A stretch of 64,000 nt of DNA from Heterodontus francisci (Eukaryota): contig NC_090404.1 of assembly GCF_036365525.1 (NCBI RefSeq), positions 4,774,001-4,838,000 of the forward strand, written 5' to 3'. Positions 1 through 12,289 of this stretch are shown here, in pieces; the stretch's first letter is position 1; the number at the start of each line of letters is the position of its first letter. The translations under genes were made by a program, and so were the position numbers. The notes beneath the pieces were generated by a model. The model was not told where the DNA came from. It made no database searches and saw only the letters and a program-made list of their open reading frames with translations.

Positions 1-1984
1 TAACCAGAACTCAGTGACAGAGTAAGAATTTAGAAAATCAGGAGATATGTATCTTGCAAACTGATTACCCACTGATTTGACACAATTTCATAATTCAATT
101 TTACAAAAAAAATTAGTTGAACCACTGCTCAAAGTTAATTCATTAAAATCTGCGGTGATACTTGATTGAGCTGAGAACAGCTGAGTAAGAAATGTATTGT
201 TCTCTAAGTTATTGCCAGACATAATGAATTAATCTCTCCGATTCTTGAGATTTTGCACTCATTGGAATCCTGGCAAGTATACTATTGAATTGTGGGAGGT
301 CATTTATGTTTAGTGAATTAGCACTATTATATTCTAAGCTAATATTCATGTTAGCTGATTTTATACTGCATTTATCATTTATAAATAAATAAAAATAAAT
401 AAATTAGTTAATATTACTTCAAGACCAGTTTCTGCCTGGCACCTTGTGAATTAATGGAGTTTTAATTAAGTTATTATGACACTTTATCAGTATTAAATAA
501 TTAACGTCATATTAATAGATGAAAACCTTCAGACAAATATATTACTTCATGCTGAAATCGAATCACAGTGCAATAATTTAAAATGAACAATAACTTCTCG
601 TCCCGCCCTGCTTTCTCTCTACAAACTTGTAAACTGGGCAGGTATCTGAATGCGTTGATATATTATAAGCTCCTTCCATTCTCAGCGAGTATTTCACACA
701 ATGTATTTAGCCTGGCCGGGGTCACATGTCACTAACTGGGCTGCAACATGGCATGTTTGTGAAAGCAGCTCTCCCGTGTTTAAATATCGTTATAAATCTT
801 AACTATATGAGATAAAATATCTAAAACATCCGGGCACTTTGCGATCAGTAACTATGCTGCCACTATTTAATCACACGATGTTTTTAGATTTTACTCCCGT
901 AATTCACAAATTAATTGCAAAATATATTTTGATTTTTATTGAAAGAAGTTCCAAAATGATCACTGCAAAACTGGACAAAAACAACTCTTTCAGATCATCT
1001 GTGACATTGAAACCTAATGAGCAAATGTAGCCGAGATTTGGCGGATCAATTTAATATTTATTAAGCATAACTCTCAGGTATAATCTGTTCTTTGTCTATC
1101 ATTCCATCCTGCGTGCAGCACAACTATGGGAGACAGGATGTTGTTACTGAATTCAAAACTAACATTAAACTTTTGTAATTAATTGAATCTGCTTGAATTT
1201 CCAGGTGTTGTTTGTTTGTCTTTAGCCTTACGCAGTCTGCAAGTTTCTTCAAGTTAAATAAAATCATATGCACAATTCTTTGACTGCCATTGACCTCTTC
1301 TCCCAGGAAAATGGTTAATATTAGATTAGTGATAATTATCGCACTATCCAACAACAAATGACATTGAAGAAGGAACATGGAAGAACATGAACGCAAAGAA
1401 TGTAATAACCGGACAGATATATTACACTGACAAACTGCAATTTACAACGCCTATTTAAGTTGTAAGTAAATACAAGCTGACATTCACCTGTTTTAATCAG
1501 GAATATCACAATTAATTTAAAAGCGCTCATTAACCTGAAAACAGCACTGGAATAAGTACACTCTTATTGAAATAATTTCAAGCACAATTAAAAATAGTCT
1601 CCAGTCATAAAGTTTTCCGGTCACGACAATTGTGCGCTTGGCACGCCAGAACTGTAAAAGACGATTCTTGAATAATGAATCGATATTAATATGAAAGCGT
1701 ATTTGGTTTATATGAGGACATATTGCCGCATTATAATTGTTTGAATTGTATTAATTTTACTCTCCAATCTGCAAACCTGCTACTTATTCAGTTTGTAATT
1801 GCAGTAACATTTCACGGATTGAAGGAGCGTTACAAACCATGACTTAACAGTTCAATCTGCAATTATCATTTAAATTTTTTTAAATGCCTTGAAATATCTT
1901 TTTATTTTATTTCTGAAATCTGCCTGTTATCCGGCTTTCGAATCGTCTTTGAAGCAGTTTCAAACAAATAGAATGTATCCATTT

Positions 1985-2910
1985 GATCAGAAAACCTGCA
2001 GCCGCTCGATGTCACCCGGGTTAAACAAAGCAGAAACGCCAAATAGTTTTACAAATTTTACTTTGGAACACAGAGACACACTCTCCTCAGCAGATAAGCT
2101 CCAACTCACATCACTGAGGGGCTGAATCCCGCCTCAGTACGTTTCAAGGCGAAGCAGCTTAATTTCACAATCACTTTCAGTAGAATCAAATGTAACATCC
2201 CAAAAAAAAATCTCAATACAGAATCCACCGAGCCTGCCTGTCTCTGAATTACCAAATATATAAAATAAAGGCAGCAGATTTGTTAGTACAGAGAGCATGT
2301 TTAATAAATTAATATTGATTCTGTAGCATATTTCATTGATATTGCCTGATATCACTGCATTATTGAAAGTGAGGTTATATTAATGTAAATCTGGCCAAAG
2401 CTGCAAATTTGTTATTTCTGCAGTTCTTAATTACATCAAAATTTATTGTATTACATATGAGCATTCGTAAGCAGTAGATTGATAGATAGCAATTTAATTA
2501 CCACAAATAAAAATAGATCAAAATATCAGAAGGCTATTTTTGACCACTGAAGCTTTCTGCATAATTTTATTTCAAACATATTTAAAGACTTATTGTTTCT
2601 ATTAGATCAGAAAACCTGCAGCAACTAGATGTCACCCAGATTAAACATTGCAGAAACGTCAAACGGTTTAACAACAGTTTGGTATTTAAAGTAGCCCAAA
2701 CACTCAGTCCCATCAACAAATAAACACCAAATCACATCAATCTGGCGCTGAATCCTTCAACAGCACCGTGTGTAAAGAAACCATTAAGTTCTTTAATCCT
2801 TTAGCAGCAGAATCACGTAAAACATTGCAACAAATTCGCAATATAGAATCCACCAAATCCACTTTTCAGTGAACGAATGTATCATGACAAAAAACAGAAA
2901 TATAAAATTA
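1985..2910. repeat. Diverged ~290-bp direct duplication in the J-C intron (1985-2275 and 2605-2910)
   Basis: Both copies begin GATCAGAAAACCTGCAGC..GATGTCACCC..TTAAACA..GCAGAAACG and share CAATAxAGAATCCACC; offset 620 bp. Confidence 0.8.
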
Positions 2911-2954
2911 AAAACACAAATAAAATAGTTAATGAATAAATGTATTTTTCTTAC

Positions 2955-3002
2955 CTGCAGTCACCGTCACCATGGTCCCTTGTCCCCAGTAGTCAAGATA
3001 GT
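2955..3002 (-). CDS. IGHJ: IgM heavy-chain JH segment (YLDYWGQGTMVTVTA)
   Basis: WGQG motif; 3' donor GTAAG starting at 2954; upstream 23-RSS. Confidence 0.97.
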
Positions 3003-3041
3003 CACAGTGTTACATTCCCTGGGCTGGGTCACACAATAACC
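3003..3041 (-). promoter_or_regulatory. JH 23-bp-spacer recombination signal sequence
   Basis: On + strand: CACAGTG (3003-3009), 23 nt spacer, ACAATAACC (3033-3041). Confidence 0.95.
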
Positions 3042-3367
3042 GGCTCTGCACAGAATAGTGAGAAATCCATTATTATTTTAAATATCCACACTCCAGAGGC
3101 AAAATCAAATCTTGATGGTTCTTTGTAAAATTATAACTGTGTTAATAATTCTTTTCACTCTTTATAAATTTCCCTGATGTTTTATATTTCACACAGTAAC
3201 ATATCAGCAATTATTGAAATCACCAACTGATGAATGAATAATTAATCCGTTTATCCAAAATAAACCGTGCTAGGAGGACAGTGCTGGACACAAATAGTAC
3301 TTCACTGTATATATAGTTGTATTGTTAAGGCGAGCTCTGACCCAGAATCATCAATTAGTGCTGAGGG

Positions 3368-3436
3368 AGTTTTTGTATTGACAGTAACTGCTGTGCCACC
3401 CAGTATATCACAGTGAGACAAACCGTGTCAAATACT
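3368..3436 (-). other. IGHD: IgH D2 segment (coding 3396-3408, ATATACTGGGTGG) with 12/12 RSSs
   Basis: AGTTTTTGT-12-TGCTGTG on the left; CACAGTG-12-TCAAATACT on the right; matches the classic shark D2 12/12 arrangement. Confidence 0.95.
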
Positions 3437-3748
3437 GCGGCGGACTGTTAACTGTGAAATACAGAGATTACATTTCACAGCGCTCTCAAAAACATGATTC
3501 CGATTCCCCTAAGAGTACATCAGTGAGATAATTCAGTTTATACCTGTCATTATATTTATAAAGGAGATTGGAATATTTCTGAATCATCTGTGCTGATTCA
3601 GCGTGACAGTCAACATGAATGAAGCTGGAGACTTTTATGCAATTTTACAAATCTTTATTGCATTTCCCCAATTTTTTATTTAATCCTCATTGTTTACGGA
3701 CCATCTGCCGTGTTAGTGATCGCTGGTTTGTGCAAACTCCCTGTATGG

Positions 3749-3829
3749 GGTTTTTGTATGAGGAATTCGCTCTGTACAGCACCGTGACCCACTGCTGTAC
3801 CCACAGTGACACGAACCTGCACAAATACT
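3749..3829 (-). other. IGHD: IgH D1 segment (coding 3787-3801, GGTACAGCAGTGGGT) with 12 (V-side) and 22 (D2-side) RSSs
   Basis: GGTTTTTGT-22-CACCGTG on the left; CACAGTG-12-ACAAATACT on the right. Confidence 0.95.
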
Positions 3830-4212
3830 GCACTCACTCTCTGTTCAGTACTGCCTCCCACTATTCACTTCAAATAGAAATTCACTTCTGATCTAATTCA
3901 GAATATATTCAAAAGTTTACACCATGCAGGAGTAATTGAACCAAGTAACTCCCTCCAGGTCTCAGTCACATTAAAACCAGCATCTTATCCAGATCTGCAA
4001 TTGCTGACACTGTAAACATTAAAAATCAGCACAGACAAAATTACTCATCAGTACTTCGGTTAGTGTCTGAGATTTGTACCATTGAATTTTCACTGTGCTA
4101 GCTCTGTCAGAGACGGTCTATGGCCTGGTTCTGAACAACGCCGTTAATATTGTATTTAATAAAATTACTGACCGTCAGTTTATGATCGAAGTTGTCGAAT
4201 TCCCTCTCCATG

Positions 4213-4251
4213 TGTTATTGTACATGTCCAGCCCTGGTTCCTCTCGTTGTG
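4213..4251 (-). promoter_or_regulatory. VH 23-RSS with variant heptamer
   Basis: Minus strand CACAACG, 23 nt spacer, ACAATAACA, directly after YYCARD. Confidence 0.9.
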
Positions 4252-4556
4252 ATCTCTTGCACAGTAATAAATGGCGGTGTCTTCAGTCTTCAGTTTCTTC
4301 ATGTCCAAAGCGAAGATGTTTTTTGAAGTGTCTTTGGACGCAGTAAATCGATCTTTAATCTCCGGGGCGTAGTTGTTGCTGGATGAACTGTAGTAGTAAA
4401 CTATCCACTCCAGCCCCTGCCCGGGAACCTGTCGGATCCAGTACATGCTGGAGCTGCCAAGAGTGAACCCGCTGGTTTTACAGGTCAGTCTCAGGGAGCC
4501 TCCGGGTTTCCCGGTCTCTGCCTCTGGCTGAGTCAACACGACATCCGAATGGACAC
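4252..4556 (-). CDS. IGHV: IgM VH exon ([22 protein letters not shown]...[12 protein letters not shown]...[10 protein letters not shown]), open frame
   Basis: Both canonical Cys and the Trp present, no stops, acceptor TTTTTACAG, followed by an RSS. Confidence 0.97.
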
Positions 4557-4684
4557 CTGTAAAAAAATATCAAAAACCCCGAGGATTAATCCTGGTGAAA
4601 TGATTCCTGACTCTATAACTTTCCAGAGAGAGACTAACACTGAGACGGTAACAGTGAGAGACTCGGACAGTAAAAACTACTCAC

Positions 4685-4730
4685 GGGATAAGAAAACCAG
4701 TAACAGACTGAGAGAAATCGCCGACCTCAT
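4685..4730 (-). CDS. IGHV: VH leader exon (MRSAISLSLLLVFLS-R)
   Basis: ATG at 4730; 46-nt hydrophobic exon; phase-1 donor GTGAGT in frame with the V exon. Confidence 0.95.
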
Positions 4731-4820
4731 CTTTCTGGCAATTTGGGGGTAATGGTTCTGGTAAGAACTCACTGAGCAAACCGACTCCCGTACTGTTGTA
4801 TTGCGGTCCCAGTGACCGGC

Positions 4821-4829
4821 ATTTAAATA
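4821..4829 (-). promoter_or_regulatory. TATA-like box of the VH promoter
   Basis: TATTTAAAT about 95 nt upstream of the ATG, next to a GC-rich motif. Confidence 0.6.
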
Positions 4830-6494
4830 CCCGGCAGAAGGGGGCGAGGTTACAGGCGCCGCCTATTGCTTCCCTGATAGAGGCGGTTACTGGATCCACG
4901 TCCCATCTTCCACATCATCAACAGAATAGACTCATATCATTACACTGAGTTATTATTAAATGTGAACTTTTTATCGGTATCCAGGGATAGTCAGTTGGCT
5001 GTGTGGTTTCAATGCAATGTGTTACTCGGTACTAAATGGAACTGTTGCAGTGAAGAATGTGTCAGTAATAAACAATTGCATTGTGCACTGTGAATTAAAT
5101 CCCTTTATTTCCTCAACTCATCACAGGGGATGTGAATCACTAAGATTAAATTACGTTACCAAGGTCTAAAGTTACTGATAGTATGTATCAATTCATCTCC
5201 CTTTGATCCGTACCAGTGAAGTGTCCCCGATAATTTGAATTGTTATCAATTTATGCAATTAAATGCGGGACATAAGTAAAGTGATTTTATTTTCAATTTG
5301 AATGGCTGTAGTTATACGATTTAGGATCAGAATGAATAGAAACGCCTCGTATTATACAAGTCTTTCTCTCTGTCTGCATTTCTCGAGCTGCTCCTGACGC
5401 CAGTCCTTTTAAAATTACCGAATGCAGAAGTCCGCTTGCCTTGATACGTAAAATTCATATCAGCTTTGGAAAAAGAGAATCTAGTGAATCAGAATCAATA
5501 CGGTAATCAGGAAATCTATCCCTGATACCCAGATCATTGCAGCTAACATTAATAACGACAGACTGTTTAACACGCACTGGTATCAGGAACACAGTATATC
5601 AGGACTTAAAGCTATGCTACAAAATATCACAAAAAGAAACGCTTTATTTGTTGTGGAAACGGATCACAAAGTGGGCATTTCTCTAACCACTGATATCTCC
5701 ACTGAGAGGGATGGATATGCAATCCAAATTATCAGATATTAAACTGTCCACAGCTGTTATCAGCAATGAAAGAGTCTTTATAGTTTGAATGTGATACACA
5801 GCTCTGTGAGAAAATTCAAGGAAATGCAGCGGCTTCAGAGCAATTCCACCTATTTCTTTATTTAATATACGATTCCCAATTTTCTATTTCCGATGTGGGT
5901 GTGGGGGGTCATTAAAATCTCTCTCCAGAACTTCATGCAGTAGAAATAAATGGTCTTAATGATTCAGAATAATATTTAATTGTCACGTGTCAATTTATTA
6001 TTTTTCGCTCCCAGTTGATAATGATATGAGCAGTGAGTTTACCGAAAATCATTCTTTAGACTTGATACCGTGAAATGATTTATTTTTTGTAAGAGCGCTG
6101 CTGAATAGTTAATATTTAAATGGTTAAATGCCACCTTTGTCCATTCATATTCACACTAATCTGCCCCACACAGTATTTGGCACCAACCCAGCCGACTGCC
6201 ATCAGGGAGACTCAAACAGCAATGTCATTTACAGGAAGCATCTGGGGTTCTGTGCAGTAAATCAAAGATCTGTTTCCTCGTTACTGACCGCTTGGCTGCA
6301 AACCAACTTCAAACCCTTACCATTGTCAATGAGGCCTATTGGGAAACAAATCTGCCCAGCAACAATACTGGAGTTAATTTTATTTTTTTCAGTTGCTTAC
6401 CTAGGTGAACTGTTCCCATCTCTCAGCAAAGGAAATATATCCACTGTCTCAGACACCCTTTTCGGACCAACAGTCTGAGGAACTGTGCAGCATA

Positions 6495-6861
6495 NNNNNN
6501 NNNNNNNNNNNNNNNNNNNNNNNNNNNNNNNNNNNNNNNNNNNNNNNNNNNNNNNNNNNNNNNNNNNNNNNNNNNNNNNNNNNNNNNNNNNNNNNNNNNN
6601 NNNNNNNNNNNNNNNNNNNNNNNNNNNNNNNNNNNNNNNNNNNNNNNNNNNNNNNNNNNNNNNNNNNNNNNNNNNNNNNNNNNNNNNNNNNNNNNNNNNN
6701 NNNNNNNNNNNNNNNNNNNNNNNNNNNNNNNNNNNNNNNNNNNNNNNNNNNNNNNNNNNNNNNNNNNNNNNNNNNNNNNNNNNNNNNNNNNNNNNNNNNN
6801 NNNNNNNNNNNNNNNNNNNNNNNNNNNNNNNNNNNNNNNNNNNNNNNNNNNNNNNNNNNNN
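6495..6861. other. Assembly gap (367 N)
   Basis: Run of N. Confidence 1.
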
Positions 6862-7081
6862 NGAAAATACATTCTGTAATTGATAAACATGCTTGTTTGC
6901 GTGGATGGAGGCATAGCTGCAACGATGCAGGGATGACTAGATAGTTGGATGGCTGAATAAAAGCAAAATACTGCTGATGCTGAAATTCTGACATCAAAGT
7001 GGAAAGTGTTGGACATACTCAGCAGGTCTGGCAGCAACTGTGGAGAAAGAAACAGAGTTAACGTTTAACGTCTGTGCAGTA

Positions 7082-7370
7082 GGTGACACAGTGGCACAGT
7101 GGTTAGCACTGCAGCCTCACAATTCCAGTGACCTGGATTCGGGTACTGCCTGTGTGGAGTTCTCCTTGTGACCGCGTGGGCTTCTGCCGGGTACTCTGCT
7201 TTCTTCCCACAGCCAAAGACTTGCAGGTCGATGGGTAAATTGGCTATTGTAAATTACTCCTAGTGTGGGTATGTGGTAGGGAATATGGGATTAACGTAGG
7301 ATTAGTATAAATGGGTGGTTGTTGGTTGGCACAGACTCGGTGAGCCGAAGGGCCAGTTTCAGTGCTGTTT
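7082..7370 (+). mobile_element. HE1-like tRNA-derived shark SINE, inserted into a Penelope-type terminal repeat
   Basis: GGCACAGTGGTTAGCACTGCAGCCTCAC head and GGCCGAAGGGCC-type tail; homologous copies at 11295-11580 and 37860-38188. Confidence 0.8.
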
Positions 7371-7569
7371 GCTTCTCCATAAACTTTCATCAGAACTGGC
7401 AAAGGTTAGACATGTAATAGGCTGTGTGAAAGTGGTGGGGTTGGTGAGGAATAGAATAAAAGTGAAGGTTTGGCACTGAGCAGAAGAGATCTCCTGAATG
7501 TCTAAACGTTTTGTTTCACGTACTGATGAACAGATTGATGGATGCGTGGAATGAATAGATGGACAGATA

Positions 7570-9050
7570 GATAGATGGGCCTGAAAGATGCTGTTCTACA
7601 ACCACATCTTTGTGATTGACTATTCCTAACAGGAAGCCGCCTCTTTATTTCATTTGCATTACTTTGACGCCTTCCAGTTCTTCCTGATTTTCTGGATCAT
7701 TTCAATCCCTCGGATATCCAGAAGTAACGAGATCAAGTCACAAAAAGCATGGTGATATCCCTGCGGTATCTCTACTAATGGGGCACATTTATCACAAAGA
7801 TATAAAGGGAGAATATGACTGGGTTATGAAGGGACGATTGTAATATTTCTGAACATGTGGTCCTTTCATGTACATCAAAGCACTCAACTCGAATTACTTC
7901 AAACACATCAGCAATATAGAAAATCATTGGATACATTTTCCACTTCTCTCTGTAAATACTTATTCCTCTGTTATACTGGTCCATTCACGCCATTCTAAAG
8001 AACACAGATAAAAGGAGAATAAACTGTAACTTTCTTCACCGCCATATATTCAGTGTCAGTCATTGGCCACAGTGAAATATAACATGTGGGTAGAGCACAC
8101 TGTGGTCCCAAATTCAAATGTCCTTAACTCCTTCAGCCACATTTCCCAGAGCCTCTCCATTTAGTCCATTCATGCACTATTGTTCACGAGTTCAGTACAT
8201 CAGTGAGATTTACTGAGGCTGATGGTATAGGGTCACTGTGATAAGAACATAAGAAATAGAGGCAGGAGTAGGCCATTCAGCCCCTCAAGAATGCTCCGCC
8301 ATTTAAGAAGATCATGGCTGAACTTGTTGTGGCCTTAACACCACTTTCTTGCTTGCCCCAAAACCCTCCCCCACCAATCCCCGATAACCTTTGATTCCCT
8401 TGTCGATCAAAAATGGGTGACCATGATATCATTGTGGATTGTTGTGAAGACCCATCTGATGCACTATTGTCATTTAGGGAAGGAAATGTGCTGTCCTTTT
8501 CTGGTCTGGACTACATGTGACTCCAGACCCACGCCGATGTGGTTGACTCTTAACTGTCCTCTGAAATGGACTAGACAGACACTCAGTTCAAGGGCAATTA
8601 GGGATGGGCAATAAATGCTGGCCTATCCAGCGACGCCCACATCGCAGGAACAAATTAAAAATTGGTTGAATATTACAATACAATTCCCAGAATGGCAGAG
8701 TTATCCTCGTGTTGGATTCAAGGTCACACCCACAGACAGTGACTGTACTAACTATAACAAAAACAAAAAGTGCTGGAAAAGCTCAGCAGGTCTGGCAGCA
8801 TCTGTGGAGAGAGAAGCAAAGTTCATGGTTCAGGTCTGTGACCTTTCATCAAAACTGGCAAAGTTTAGAAAAGAATTTCCTCCTGCACTCTGTACTGACT
8901 ACCTGCCGTTCTGAACCATACGGGGGAATGACCTGAGTGATCCGGATTCTGCCTGATTTAACACTGTATCTATAATGGAATTTAACTGTGAATGCCTGGA
9001 GTTCCATTTACTTATTCCTCCTTGATCTATATTTTAATGAGCAATGACCC
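7570..9050 (-). pseudogene. FAM187-like Ig-domain pseudogene copy 1, split by repeats
   Basis: Ordered remnants YRYSVKSGRIRIT, CGCDLESNTRITLPFWEL, HSDPIPS..HEWTKWRGSGKCG, EVIRVEC, PLVEIPQGYHH are collinear with FAM187A as recalled (RFSIRMFSL, YAYDVDIQ, QEPF..WEWTPCDRCG, EVLVRSC, PQVPIQFHQ); many stops. Confidence 0.5.
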
Positions 9051-9057
9051 TTGATCA

Positions 9058-9550
9058 TCAGCCGTGGCTTGGTTGGTACCACTCTCCACTCTGTGTTTGC
9101 AGGTCCCAGTTTCATGTTCTACTCTAGGACCTGAGCACAAAAATTACACTGGAACTACAGTGGAATGCTGCACTGTCAGAGGTATCGTCTTTCAGATGGG
9201 ACAAGAACCCAAGGCGCTGTCTGCTCTCTCAGGTGTAAAGGATCCCATGGCACTATTTCGAACAAGTGCCGGCGAGTTCTACCAGGTGTTCTGATCAGTA
9301 TTTATCCCTCAACCGACCTCACAAAAACAGACTATCTGGTCATCATCGTATTGCTGTTATTGGAGGGGACGAGTGGCCTGCTGCTGCTCCCAATTCGCAT
9401 GTTCGTATGTTTGCTTTATGCAAATTGGATGCTGCATTTCCGACATTCCGAAAGTGACGGTAGTTCACAAGTAGTTCATTAGTTGCAGCGTTTTTGAGAG
9501 GTCCTCTGGTCGTGAAAGGCCCGAGAGAAATGCAACAATTTTTGGTCTTT
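9058..9550 (+). mobile_element. Deu-domain SINE (SacSINE1/AmnSINE-like)
   Basis: Core GCACTGTCAGAGGT..GTCTTTCAGATG..GATCCCATGGCACTATTTCGAA; second copy at 22555-23015. Confidence 0.75.
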
Positions 9551-9854
9551 TTTCCTAACGATAGTTGTAAAAAGGAGTGATGCATTGAGCAAGTAAATCA
9601 TACACTGCTCGAATGATAAAGCTGAGAAGGAGGCCATTCAGCCTTTCAGGACTGTACCAGCTCTTTGACAAACTATCCAATTATTCCACTCCCCCCTGTT
9701 ATTTCGCCAAAATCGTGCATTCTTTTTCCATTTGAAATATCTATGAAATTCCCTTTCAAAAGTTATTGTTCAATCTACTTCCCCCCTTTCAGGAATTGCA
9801 TTCCAGATCATAACAATTTCCTCTGTCATTTGTCTTCGCCCTCATATCGCCTAG

Positions 9855-12080
9855 AGTCATAGAATTAGAGAGTCATTTACGGCACAGACGGAGGCCATTC
9901 GGCCCATTGAGTACATGCTGGCTCTCCACAGAGCTTTTCAGTCAGCCTCACTGCCTCACTCGATCCTCGTATCCCTGCAAGTCTATTTCCTTCAAATGAC
10001 CATCCAATTTCTTTTTGAAGTCATTTATTGTCTCTGCTTCCACCACCTTTGTGGACAGCAATTTCCAAGTCATTACCACCCGCTGTGTTGCAGCGTTCCT
10101 CTTCATATTCCCCTTGCATCTATTGCCCAAAGCCTTCATTCTGTGTCTCCTAGTCCTTGTACCATTAGTTAATGTGAACGACTTTTCCTCCACAAATATA
10201 AAATAAAACAAGAAATGCTGGAAATACTCAATAGCATTTATACACAGAACGGTATGTTAATGTCAGTTATTCTCTGTGATCCTGTCTTCTCAACACCTTC
10301 ACCTTTGTTATCTCTTGCCCCACCCCCACTTTACTTGCTTAAAACCTTTTCCATTTCTAATATTTGTTAGTTCTGATGAAGGGTCACTGACCTGAAACAT
10401 TAACTCTGTTTATCTCTGCACAGATGCTGCCAGACCTGCTGAGTATATCCAGCATTTCATGTTTTTATTTCAGATTTCCAGCATCTGCAGTATTTTGCTT
10501 TTATTTTCCACTTCTAACTTGCCTAAGTCTGTCATAATCTTGTACATGTCTATTAATCTCCCCTCAATCTCTTTTTTTTTTGAAGAAGAATAAGCTCAGT
10601 TTTTCCAACTTGTCCTTGTCACTAAAATCCTCCATCCCCAGAACTATTCTAATAAATCTCTCTCAAGGACCCTCACATGCTTCCAAAAGTGTGGTGACCA
10701 GAAATGGACGCAATACTCCAGCATTGGCCTGACCAGAGCTTTATAAATGTTCAGCGTAACTTCCCTGCTTTTGTACTAAATACCTGTGTTTATGAAGCCC
10801 AAGATCCCATATGCTTGACTTACCACTCTCTCAAGATGTTGTGCCACCTTCAAAGATCAATGCACATGCATCCCAATGTCCCCCTGTTCCTGTACACTCT
10901 TTAGAACTATGCCATTAAGTAAATGTTGCCTCTCCCTTTTCCTTCTGCCAAAATGCATCACCCGCCACTTGTCTGTCCACTCTGCTGACCTATCTATGAC
11001 CTGTTGCAGTCGTTATATATCATCCTCACTATTTGCCATACCTCCAAGATTGATGTCATATGCAAATTTGGAGATTCTACTCCATATTCCAAGATCCAAG
11101 TCGACGCAGCTTTTGGTTATTTTGCTATTTATCTTGAATTTTTGTCCTCTCGTTGTCAACCCTTCTACCACTGGAAATATTTACAATTAACATATTCTAT
11201 CAAACGCATCAAGGCTCCTCAGACAGCACCTTGCAAACCCACAACCTCTACCACCTCGAAGGACAAGAGTACCAGATGCATGGGACCATCACAGGGTGGC
11301 ACAGTGGGGCAGTGGTAAGCACCGCAGCTTCACAGCTCCAGCTGTGCCTGTGTGGAGGTTGTAAGTTCTCCCAGTGATGTTTCCTCCCACATCCAAAAGA
11401 CTTGCAGGTTAATAGGTAAACTGGCCATTATAAATTGTCCCTAGTATAGGTTGGTGTTAGGGGAATATCGAGATAGGTGAGGATGTGGTAGGAATATGGG
11501 ATTAGTGTAGGATTGGTATAAATGGGTGGTTAATGGTCGGCTCAGACTCGGTGGGCCGAAAGGCCTGTTTCAGTGTTGTATATCAAAATCAAATCACCAC
11601 CTGCAAGTTCCCATACAAATCACACAACATCCTGACTTGGATCTATATCGCTGTTCCTTCACTGTCGCTGGGTCAAAATCCTGGAACTCCCTTCCTAACA
11701 GCACCTTGGGTGTAGCTACCTCACATGAACTGCAGTGGTTCAAGAAGGCAGCTCATCACCACCATTTCAATGGCAATTAGGGATGGGCAATAAATGCTGG
11801 CCTAGGCAGGGATGCCCACATCCCATGAATAAAAAAAAATCAAAACACCTCTATGAAATCTCCTTTTAACCTTTTCTTCTCTCAGCAGAACAAACTTTGC
11901 TGCTTCAGTCTCTCCATCTAACAGAAATCTTTATCCTTGGTACCATTTTAGAATATTTTTCTGGACCATCTCCAAGGCCTTGATCTCTATCTGAAAAAGT
12001 GGTACCCAGAAATGAACACAATACTCCAGCTGAAGCCTACTGGTGTTTTGTAAAAGTTTAGCATAATCATAATTTTTCTG
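9855..12080. mobile_element. Nest of CR1 3' fragments (-), a Penelope-type terminal repeat (10195-10505), a second LINE tail and a SINE
   Basis: FKKKLDGHL-type CR1 tail peptide; tail motif GGGCAATAAATGCTGGCC; SINE at 11295-11580. Confidence 0.7.
10368..10406 (+). ncRNA. Minimal hammerhead-ribozyme core in a Penelope-type terminal repeat
   Basis: AGTT-CTGATGA-AGGGTCACTGACCT-GAAAC-ATTAACT: CUGAUGA and GAAA boxes flank a GGTC/GACC stem II. Confidence 0.6.
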
Positions 12081-12289
12081 CTGGAGTCGTCTATGACTTG
12101 ATGCAATGAGAACTGAGGTAAGGGCTAATGTAATATAAACAGATGGATGGTGTGGTGTTGTAATAACTGAGAGAGGATCTAGTGCAATATAAATTGGCAC
12201 ATTATGCAATGCAAGAATAAAAGAGATATTGTCCAGCGTAATATAGATGGATATGTGACATTGAGTAATATAAACAGCGGAATCATTTT

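Noticed and set aside
1985-2040. Possible extra JH relics in the J-C duplication (CTGCAG|GT ends)
   Set aside because: No WGxG motif and no RSS.
6405-7037. Long ORFs across 6.4-7.0 kb
   Set aside because: Produced by the N gap.
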